Below, piece by piece: positions 18,310 to 24,557 of a stretch of 30,364 nt of DNA. The notes under the pieces were generated by a model. The model saw only the letters and a program-made list of their open reading frames with translations, had not been told where the DNA came from and ran no database searches. Each line of letters opens with the position of its first letter. Position 1 is the stretch's first letter. Made by a program: the position numbers and the translations under genes. Source of the DNA: a virus; IMG/VR virus record IMGVR_UViG_3300002898_000054, positions 1-30,364 of that record. The stretch is one strand, 5' to 3'.

Positions 18310-18328
18310 CTTAAAACGGAGGAAAAAA

Positions 18329-19228
18329 ATGAACGAATTAAAAGTGGTACAAACACTAGGAACAATCGAGTGTAATTTTGAAGAAACAAGGATTAAGGTG
18401 CAAAGTATTGCAGATGGTTACATTGACGCAGTTTTTCACGAGGACACAGTTGCAGATGCCAAAAAGCACGTTGCAACACTAAGGAAGTTTAAAAAGGCAT
18501 TAAACGACAAGAAAATTGAAGTCGGCAAAGCATATAGTTTGCCACTTGCAGAATTTGAAAGTAAGGTAAAGGAACTACAAGCATTGATTGACAAGCCAAT
18601 TGAAGAAATAGGACTGCAAATCGAAGTGTTTGAAACTGCAAGAAAAGAAAAAAAGAAAAAAGCAATTGAAGAAATATATAACTCGCTGCTTGACGAGATA
18701 AAAGAAGTTGTTACTCTTGGCAGCATTTACTTAGACAAATGGGAAAACAAAGGCTGCCTTTTAGACGATATTAAAAAAGATATTGAAGAAGTCGCAGACA
18801 AAGTTCTCGCAGAAATCACACTAATAAAATCTATGAAGTCAGACGTTGAAAAGAAAGCCCTTGATATCTACAAAATAAACAGAAATCTAGCGAGTGCAAT
18901 TGAATATATCAACGACGATATTAACAGAAAAAGGGAAATTATAGAGCAAGAAAAAGAACGGACAAGACAAGCAGAAGCCGAACAAATAAGAAAAGAAGAA
19001 CGTTTGAAAATTCAACAAGAGCAACAAATCGAAAAAGAAGTAGCAGATGCAAAAGAAGAAACAACAAACGATTTAATAGAAAGTTTAACTCCTGTATTTG
19101 ATACCGAAGAAGAAATGGAAGAATTAGTTTATAAAATTAGGCTGAACAAAGACGGAAAAAATAAACTTGAAATGTTTATGGATAGTGTAGGGATTGATTA
19201 TCAAGAGGAGTGCGAAGCGTGGCTGTAA
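18329..19228 (+). CDS. DUF1351-family protein (recombinase-associated)
   Basis: 299 aa with the N-terminal pattern IECNFEETRIKV...DAKKHVATLRKFKKALNDKKIEVGK...FESKVKEL, located next to a Sak-type annealase. Confidence 0.6.
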   Translation: MNELKVVQTLGTIECNFEETRIKVQSIADGYIDAVFHEDTVADAKKHVATLRKFKKALNDKKIEVGKAYSLPLAEFESKVKELQALIDKPIEEIGLQIEVFETARKEKKKKAIEEIYNSLLDEIKEVVTLGSIYLDKWENKGCLLDDIKKDIEEVADKVLAEITLIKSMKSDVEKKALDIYKINRNLASAIEYINDDINRKREIIEQEKERTRQAEAEQIRKEERLKIQQEQQIEKEVADAKEETTNDLIESLTPVFDTEEEMEELVYKIRLNKDGKNKLEMFMDSVGIDYQEECEAWL

Positions 19229-19743
19229 AATCGAAAGGTTTTCTAACATCAATTACAAAACTTTTTAATGGTAAATATCAGGTGGTTTTTGAAATGGAAA
19301 AGCCACTTGATCATAAGTCAGACGAGTTGTTGAATATTGAAGTTAAGAAATACAGAAAAGGTCGATCACTAAATGCAAACTCTTATTTCCATTTACTTTG
19401 TGATAAAATAGCTAAAGAAAGAAATATAACAAGCACAGCATCAAAAAATATCTTGTTAGGTTTTTACGGAACAATTGACGAAGAAGTAAATGCAATCTTG
19501 ATGCTGGATAACATTGAGTATTTAGAAATGGATAACTTGCATTTAAAACCAACGTCACGAACAGAAGCCTTTGAAAGTGGAAAATTATACCGAGTTTACC
19601 ATGTTATAAAACCCACTCATTTATACGATACAAAAGAAATGGCAAATTTGATTGACGGAACGATTAACGATTGCAAAGAGTTGGGGATTGATACATTAAC
19701 ACCAACCGAAATTGAGCGAATGAAAGGAGCGTGGCTTGGCTAA
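19219..19743 (+). CDS. NinB/Orf-like or HNHc_6-type N-terminal-domain recombination-associated protein
   Basis: About 174 aa with the RKGRSLNANSYFHLLCDKIA motif (the RSLxxN motif shared by NinB/Orf and putative HNHc nuclease families). The start is uncertain: GTG 19219 is 8 nt after GAGGAG, and GTG 19210 abuts the RBS. Confidence 0.5.
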   Translation: MAVKSKGFLTSITKLFNGKYQVVFEMEKPLDHKSDELLNIEVKKYRKGRSLNANSYFHLLCDKIAKERNITSTASKNILLGFYGTIDEEVNAILMLDNIEYLEMDNLHLKPTSRTEAFESGKLYRVYHVIKPTHLYDTKEMANLIDGTINDCKELGIDTLTPTEIERMKGAWLG

Positions 19744-19819
19744 AAAATTATGGTCTATATTTACAAAAGATATGGATACGTGTATCTATACAGGTTCTAT
19801 CCAAGTGGAACTTACATAA
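19736..19819 (+). pseudogene. 27-codon 5' remnant of a Cys/His nuclease-like gene (paralogous to 20435..20731)
   Basis: AAAGGAG, 6 nt, then TTG 19736 gives the same RBS geometry as the intact copy. It encodes MAKKLWSIFTKDMDTCIYTGSIQVELT* and aligns to ...DDMRYCLVCGSPYPEVHH, ending just before the His-His motif. Confidence 0.5.
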
Positions 19820-19840
19820 CAAACATATTGATGGTATAAT
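19811..19840 (+). promoter_or_regulatory. possible promoter (extended -10) for the homing endonuclease gene
   Basis: CTTACA, an 18-bp spacer, then TGgTATAAT (TATAAT at 19835-19840). Confidence 0.35.
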
Positions 19841-19845
19841 GATCT

Positions 19846-19931
19846 CATAGGTGTGCGAGATCTATACAAACTTTAATTTGCTGATTACCATCATGGGACC
19901 AATGTATGCACTCGCACTGTATACACCTATG
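19846..19931 (+). other. long-range stem structure in the leader upstream of the HNH gene
   Basis: CATAGGTGT-GCGAG (19846-19859) is complementary to CTCGC (19911-19915) and ACACCTATG (19923-19931). It is followed by GTGGTTTTTATAATTT. Confidence 0.45.
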
Positions 19932-19959
19932 GTGGTTTTTATAATTTAAAGGAGAAATA

Positions 19960-20475
19960 ATGAAAGAAAAATGGAAGAAGATTGACGGATATGATGGAGG
20001 CTATGAAATTTCTAATCTTGGCAGAGTAAAAAGTATGTGGAGATTCAGGAGTTTGCACGGTAAAATTGTTAGGGTTAGCAAAGAACACATGATGACGCTA
20101 TCAGACAATGGAAATGGGTATTTAATTGTTTCATTGAAAAATAACAATGCAAGAAAAAATTATTATGTTCACAGGCTTGTGGCAACTTATTTTCTGAAAG
20201 AAATAGATGGTAAAAATGTTGTTAATCATATTGACTATAACAAAAAGAATAATAATGTATTAAATTTAGAATGGTGTACTCAATTAGAAAACACTAGACA
20301 TTCTATAAAAAATATGAAGAAAAAGGGAACAAGAACTGAAAATATACCATATATAAGAGATCGTGGATCCAGATTTGAGATTTGCATCAAACAAAAATAT
20401 TATGGTAGGTTTAAAACTTTAGAGGAGGCTATCGTTGAAAAAAGAAAAATACTTAAAGAACTCAATTATTATTGA
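19960..20475 (+). CDS. HNH homing endonuclease (NUMOD4 + HNH_3 type)
   Basis: N-terminal WKKIDGYDGGYEISNLGRVKS (NUMOD4) followed by NGYLIVSLKNNNARKNYYVHRLVATYF...VNHIDYNKKNNNVLNLEWCTQLEN (HNH_3). RBS is AAAGGAG. Confidence 0.85.
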   Translation: MKEKWKKIDGYDGGYEISNLGRVKSMWRFRSLHGKIVRVSKEHMMTLSDNGNGYLIVSLKNNNARKNYYVHRLVATYFLKEIDGKNVVNHIDYNKKNNNVLNLEWCTQLENTRHSIKNMKKKGTRTENIPYIRDRGSRFEICIKQKYYGRFKTLEEAIVEKRKILKELNYY

Positions 20476-20731
20476 TGACATGAGATATTGTCTAGTGTGT
20501 GGAAGCCCATATCCAGAGGTCCACCACGTGTTGTTCGGTCCTAACAGAAAGAATAGCGATAAATATGGGTTAATCATTCCATTATGTGCAGAACATCACA
20601 GAGGAAACAATGGACCACATATGAACAGAAAAATAGATTTAAAGTATAAAGAAATGGCACAACGTAAATTTGAAGAAAAACATGGAACAAGAAAAGAATT
20701 TATTGAGTTATTTGGAATGGGGTATTTATGA
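20435..20731 (+). CDS. Cys/His (HNH- or NinG/Rap-like) nuclease-like protein
   Basis: GAGGAGG, 6 nt, then TTG 20435 (alternative ATG 20480). Motifs are CLVCG...EVHHV...PLCAEHH...GPH. Its 5' end overlaps the HEG 3' end by 41 nt. Confidence 0.6.
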   Translation: MKKEKYLKNSIIIDDMRYCLVCGSPYPEVHHVLFGPNRKNSDKYGLIIPLCAEHHRGNNGPHMNRKIDLKYKEMAQRKFEEKHGTRKEFIELFGMGYL

Positions 20732-21204
20732 ATGAGGGTAAAAGATTTGAAAACAATGTTAAAAAGTCGGTTGACGCAAATACTTATTTCTTGCGATTGA
20801 ACGATAGTTCCCCTGCAGGATACGGAGACCAAAAAACAATGCGTTTTTCTTTACAATCTCCTTATGACATTATTCTTTTTAAAAACAATAAAATGTATTC
20901 GGTGGAACTGAAAAGCACAAAAGCAAAATCAATTTCGTTTGACGGTAGTTCGCCAATGATAAAAAAGCACCAACTAAAAGAACTTGAACGTGCGTTGTGC
21001 TATGGAATAAACGCAGGCTTTCTGCTAAACTTCAGAACATCAGAAACAACGTACTATGTAAAACTAGAAGATTTAAAAACATTTATAAGTAGCACAGACA
21101 AGAAATCAATCAATGTAAAGGAAGTCAAAGAAATAGGAATAGAAATACCAACTCAAAAACTAAAGGTAAATTACAGATATGATCTAAGTGTATTTGTAAA
21201 ATAG
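20728..21204 (+). CDS. recU: Holliday junction resolvase RecU-like (PD-(D/E)xK)
   Basis: 158 aa with the pattern GKRFENNV...PYDIILFKNNKMYSVELKST...KKHQLKEL...GINAGFLLNF, matching the RecU D...E.K core and HQ motif. Confidence 0.7.
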   Translation: MNEGKRFENNVKKSVDANTYFLRLNDSSPAGYGDQKTMRFSLQSPYDIILFKNNKMYSVELKSTKAKSISFDGSSPMIKKHQLKELERALCYGINAGFLLNFRTSETTYYVKLEDLKTFISSTDKKSINVKEVKEIGIEIPTQKLKVNYRYDLSVFVK

Positions 21205-21214
21205 GAGGAATAAT

Positions 21215-21616
21215 ATGAACAAAGTAATTCTTATCGGTAGATTAACGAAAGACCCAGTAATTTATGGAAATGTTGCAAAGTATACGCTTGCAGTAGATCG
21301 AAAGTTTAAACAAGAGGGGCAGCCGACAGCAGACTTTTTGCAATGTGTAGTATTTGGCAAACAGAAAGATTTTGTTGAACAATATTTGAACAAAGGAATG
21401 AAGATTGCTGTAACTGGAAGAATACAGACTGGAAGTTATGATAAAGACGGTCAAAAAGTTTATACAACAGATATTATTGTCGAAGATCATGAATTTTGTG
21501 AAAGTAAGCAACAAGGAAACTCTGCATATAAAAATGATGATCCGTTTAACAAAGATAGCAAAGACGATTTTGTTAATATTCCTGATGGAGTAGATGACGA
21601 AGTCCCATTTCTATAA
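21215..21616 (+). CDS. ssb: single-stranded DNA-binding protein
   Basis: MNKVILIGRLTKDPV OB-fold start and an acidic C-terminal tip (DDEVPFL). Confidence 0.9.
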   Translation: MNKVILIGRLTKDPVIYGNVAKYTLAVDRKFKQEGQPTADFLQCVVFGKQKDFVEQYLNKGMKIAVTGRIQTGSYDKDGQKVYTTDIIVEDHEFCESKQQGNSAYKNDDPFNKDSKDDFVNIPDGVDDEVPFL

Positions 21617-21705
21617 TCGACGGTTTAAGCAACAACAACAATGTAGGCAAGGAAATATAGGACAATGTAATGTAAGTTGTCCTAAATGGCTAAAAGGAGG
21701 CAAGT

Positions 21706-22041
21706 ATGAGCAATAAAGTAATAGATATAATAAAATTTATACCATATGGACACGAAAACGGAATAACAGGTAGAGAATTACAAAATATTACACACTTAAA
21801 TAATCGCAGAGTTCGAGAGTTTATCGAAACCGAACGAATGGATCATGTTATTTTAAACATGCAAGATGGAAAAGGATATTTCAGACCGACCGAAGCCGAG
21901 ACAGATTTAACGAAACGTTGGATATTGCAAGAAATGTCTAGGGCAAGAAAAATAATGAAACGCACAATGTTTACAGTTAATATGACACAGAAAGAATTTG
22001 GAAAGATTATTGGATTGACACAATCAAAAAAGCTTTACTGA
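21706..22041 (+). CDS. putative winged-helix DNA-binding protein
   Basis: 111 aa behind an AAAGGAGG RBS. It has a GITGRELQNITHLNNRRVREFIE wHTH-like segment, and its C-terminal MTQKEFGKIIGLTQS looks like the first half of an XRE HTH. Confidence 0.5.
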   Translation: MSNKVIDIIKFIPYGHENGITGRELQNITHLNNRRVREFIETERMDHVILNMQDGKGYFRPTEAETDLTKRWILQEMSRARKIMKRTMFTVNMTQKEFGKIIGLTQSKKLY

Positions 22042-22072
22042 TACGGAACGATTATTTTTTAAAAAATTTACT

Positions 22073-22297
22073 ATGCAATTTGCAAAAGCCACAACAAGAG
22101 AAATTCACAAAGCACATTTACACCATGAAATAGATTCTGAAGATGTGAACGGAAGCATGGTAAGAACCTTGCCGAGTGGAGTAACAAAAGATATATACCA
22201 CAAAGAGCATGGTTGGATAATGAGTTGTGAAAGATTTGTGCTTTTTGAATACGATCACAAGCATTTAAAATCAATACATTATATAGACAGAGTATAA
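22073..22297 (+). CDS. hypothetical protein (weak call)
   Basis: A 74-aa ORF with coding-like composition but no obvious RBS. Confidence 0.35.
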   Translation: MQFAKATTREIHKAHLHHEIDSEDVNGSMVRTLPSGVTKDIYHKEHGWIMSCERFVLFEYDHKHLKSIHYIDRV

Positions 22298-22332
22298 CCA
22301 TCACAGTTTATATCAACCAAATATAACCAATT

Positions 22333-22358
22333 AAGACATCAGAAATGGTGTCTTTTTT
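22333..22358 (+). terminator. rho-independent terminator
   Basis: AAGACATCA-GAAA-TGGTGTCTT hairpin (9 bp, one G-U pair, GAAA loop) followed by a T-run. Confidence 0.75.
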
Positions 22359-22395
22359 GTATGCAAATAAAAACAATAAAAATACAATTTAAGTG

Positions 22396-22424
22396 TTGAC
22401 GTGACACGTGCCATGTGGTATACT
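22396..22424 (+). promoter_or_regulatory. strong promoter (module A), paralogous to 29061..29089
   Basis: TTGACG, a 17-bp spacer, then TGgTATACT. The flanks and downstream leader are nearly identical to the 29055-29119 region. Confidence 0.65.
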
Positions 22425-22467
22425 TTACTTAGAAGTTAAGAAAACCAAGCACACAGGAGGAAACACA

Positions 22468-23100
22468 ATGAACAATTTTAGAAAGTACTGTCCTAATGTA
22501 TGGATAGCAGAATGCGAAGAAGAATACGAAAAAGGAGATATTATACAACTTGAAACAAAGTATGGAAAAGAAGTTGATTGCGAAGTTTATAACTTAGTTT
22601 TGGAATCTAATGAAAAATATTTTTACTCTATCATAAAAATAGAAGAAAAAACATATGCAGAAAGAAAAGCAGAAAAATATAGTAACGCAATGACTAATAG
22701 TATAAAAAAAAGTAATGAGAAGATGAACGCAGCACAAGAAGGAAGGGAATTTTTATCACTAGCAGAACCAATAAAAATAGGGCATCATAGTGAGGGGAGG
22801 CACAGAGCGTTAATAGAAAGAAATAATGGAAGAATGGAAAAGTCAATGGAATATTACAACAAAGCAGAAGAACAAAAACAAAAAGCAGAATATTGGGAAG
22901 AAAAATCAAAAGATATAACACTTGCTATGCCTTGTAGCTTAGAATATTTTCAACGTAAATTAGAAAAAGCAATTATATATCACAAAGGATTAAAAGATGG
23001 AACTATTGAGAAAGAGCATTCATACTCTTTAACATATGCTAAAAAAGATGTAAATGAGTTAAAAAAGAAAGTAAAAATAGCAAATTTACTTTGGGAATAA
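22468..23100 (+). CDS. DUF3560-like protein
   Basis: ATG 22468 follows CAGGAGG; the ORF-track start at 22408 lies inside the promoter. The 210-aa product has an IKIGHHSEGRHRALIERN motif typical of DUF3560. Confidence 0.6.
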   Translation: MNNFRKYCPNVWIAECEEEYEKGDIIQLETKYGKEVDCEVYNLVLESNEKYFYSIIKIEEKTYAERKAEKYSNAMTNSIKKSNEKMNAAQEGREFLSLAEPIKIGHHSEGRHRALIERNNGRMEKSMEYYNKAEEQKQKAEYWEEKSKDITLAMPCSLEYFQRKLEKAIIYHKGLKDGTIEKEHSYSLTYAKKDVNELKKKVKIANLLWE

Positions 23101-23110
23101 AACAAAAAGT

Positions 23111-23133
23111 TTGGCGGTAAACCTAAACCGCTA
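23111..23133 (+). other. conserved stem-loop (module A copy)
   Basis: TTGGCGG, a 10-nt loop (TAAACCTAAA), then CCGCTA. There is no U-tract. Its paralogue is at 29174-29197. Confidence 0.45.
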
Positions 23134-23147
23134 GAAAGCGAGGGAAA

Positions 23148-23360
23148 ATGAGCAGTTTTACATTAGCGTCAATTATCAATTCAAGGCGAGTAAATGTTGG
23201 ATTAACACAAGAAGAACTAGCAGAGAAAGTGGGAACAGTCAGAACAACAGTTACAAAGTGGGAAAATGGAACAAGAGAACCAAGTTGGAGTAATTTCGTT
23301 AAGTTATGTGAAGTATTATCACTAGAAGTAAATGACTTTTTAGAAAAGGAGGAAATTTAG
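23148..23360 (+). CDS. XRE-family HTH regulator (Cro/Aca-like), paralogue of 29517..29735
   Basis: 70 aa with a GLTQEELAEKVGTVRTTVTKWENG HTH_3 motif. Confidence 0.8.
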   Translation: MSSFTLASIINSRRVNVGLTQEELAEKVGTVRTTVTKWENGTREPSWSNFVKLCEVLSLEVNDFLEKEEI

Positions 23361-23362
23361 AA

Positions 23363-23533
23363 ATGGGCGAAGTAAAAGAAATAATGGGCGAAAATCAAAG
23401 TCTTAATCAACAATTAGAAAAATCAAAAAAAGAATTTAGAGATTTTCATAGTGAGTACACAAAAGAGTTACTAGAAAAACAAGAACTTCTACATAGAATA
23501 AAAATGTTAGCAAAATTATATTCAGAAAATTAA
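23363..23533 (+). CDS. small coiled-coil protein (not in ORF track, 56 aa)
   Basis: ATG 23363 follows AAGGAGG. The product is MGEVKEIMGENQSLNQQLEKSKKEFRDF...KLYSEN. It fills an otherwise empty 180-nt gap. Confidence 0.45.
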   Translation: MGEVKEIMGENQSLNQQLEKSKKEFRDFHSEYTKELLEKQELLHRIKMLAKLYSEN

Positions 23534-23542
23534 TTAAGAAAG

Positions 23543-24316
23543 GTGGTGGACATTATCGCAGAACGCAGAATGTTTGCAAAAAAGATTACAGAAAGTGACG
23601 CATTTCTTGATATGTCAATGAGCGCACAAGCATTATATTTTCATTTGAACATGGCAGCAGACGATGACGGATTTGTAAATAATCCAAAGAAAATAATTAG
23701 AATGATCAATGCAAATGATGATGATTTTAAAAATTTAATAATGAAATCGTTTATCATATCATTTGAGAATGGAATCATAGTTATTAAACATTGGAAGATG
23801 CACAACTATATTCAGAAAGACAGATATAAGCCTACTGATTATTTAGAAGAAAAAGAAATGCTTGAAATCAAGGGAAACAAGGCATATACACTAGGAAATA
23901 ACACAATGTATACAGAATGTATACAAGATGTATCCGTAGGTAAGGTAAGAGAAGAGGAGGTAAGGTTAGTTAAGGTAAGTGAAGAAGAGGTAAGAGAAGA
24001 TAAGAGTAAGAAAAATACTATTGATTATCAAATGATAATCGACCAATACAACAAACGTTGTTCCAAACTTCCAACATTACAAAAACTTACGGACAAACGA
24101 AAAACATCAATGCGAACATTCTTAAATGATTATACTTTTGATGAAATGCTAGAAGTATTTGACAGAGCAAATGAAAGTGAGTTCCTGACGAACGGAACAT
24201 GGTCTTGCAATTTTGACTGGATCATAAATAAAAACAACGCAGCGAAAATATTGGAGGGTAACTATAAAAACAACAAGCAAACAGAATCCAAGTCCATAGG
24301 ATTTATGGATTCTTAA
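23543..24316 (+). CDS. replisome organizer (Phage_rep_org_N; SPP1 G38P-like)
   Basis: The N-terminus ERRMFAKKITESDAFLDMSMSAQALYFHLNMAADDDGFVNNPKKI is diagnostic. There is an internal DNA repeat region. Confidence 0.8.
   Translation: MVDIIAERRMFAKKITESDAFLDMSMSAQALYFHLNMAADDDGFVNNPKKIIRMINANDDDFKNLIMKSFIISFENGIIVIKHWKMHNYIQKDRYKPTDYLEEKEMLEIKGNKAYTLGNNTMYTECIQDVSVGKVREEEVRLVKVSEEEVREDKSKKNTIDYQMIIDQYNKRCSKLPTLQKLTDKRKTSMRTFLNDYTFDEMLEVFDRANESEFLTNGTWSCNFDWIINKNNAAKILEGNYKNNKQTESKSIGFMDS
23906..24010 (+). repeat. iteron-like repeats inside the replisome organizer gene (candidate origin)
   Basis: ATGTATAC(A) occurs at 23906 and 23917 and ATGTATCC at 23928, an 11-bp phasing. GGTAAG then recurs at 23944, 23959, 23974 and 23989, forming two ~30-bp units. 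Confidence 0.6.
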
Positions 24317-24326
24317 AGGAGAGAGT

Positions 24327-24557
24327 ATGAATGTAGGGTTAGGAGAAGTTTGCGATAAAGAAATTATAAGTGTTCTTTTTGCAGACAATACAATATTTAA
24401 CACGCCATTTATAGTTTTGGGGAACAAAGGAATTGATAAAATTTTATATCATGAACCTAATGGAGATGGAGATAAACATTTTGTAGATGTTTTTTCAGAC
24501 AACAGAAGAATAAGAATGTTTAATATGGTTTCGATAGAATTCGAGGAGAATAAATGA
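24327..24557 (+). CDS. hypothetical protein
   Basis: 76 aa behind an AAAGGAGAG RBS. Confidence 0.55.
   Translation: MNVGLGEVCDKEIISVLFADNTIFNTPFIVLGNKGIDKILYHEPNGDGDKHFVDVFSDNRRIRMFNMVSIEFEENK

Larger units (their letters stand above)
19814..20475 (+). mobile_element. free-standing HNH homing-endonuclease cassette (left boundary approximate)
   Basis: It holds its own promoter-like element, a structured leader and the HEG ORF, inserted at the truncation point of the remnant gene. It is visibly more AT-rich than its flanks. Confidence 0.5.

Noticed and set aside
19744-19959. tRNA or other canonical RNA genes in the larger intergenic gaps (19744-19959, 22298-22467, 28941-29217)
   Set aside because: I could not trace a cloverleaf (acceptor stem plus T-arm GTTCxAxxC). 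These gaps are better explained by promoters, leaders, hairpins and gene remnants.
19744-20520. Group I intron carrying the HNH ORF and splitting the Cys/His gene
   Set aside because: There is essentially no non-coding sequence downstream of the HEG ORF to form the 3' half of an intron core. The nucleotide preceding the would-be 3' splice site before CACCAC is not G. The downstream gene also has its own RBS, start codon and a full N-terminus that duplicates the remnant. A free-standing HEG with a duplicated remnant explains the data better, though RT-PCR would settle it.
21658-21684. Hairpin TAGGACAA-11 nt-TTGTCCTA after ssb as a terminator
   Set aside because: No U-tract follows it, and the next gene's RBS lies about 15 nt downstream. 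It may be an RNA stability or processing element, but I cannot support a terminator call.
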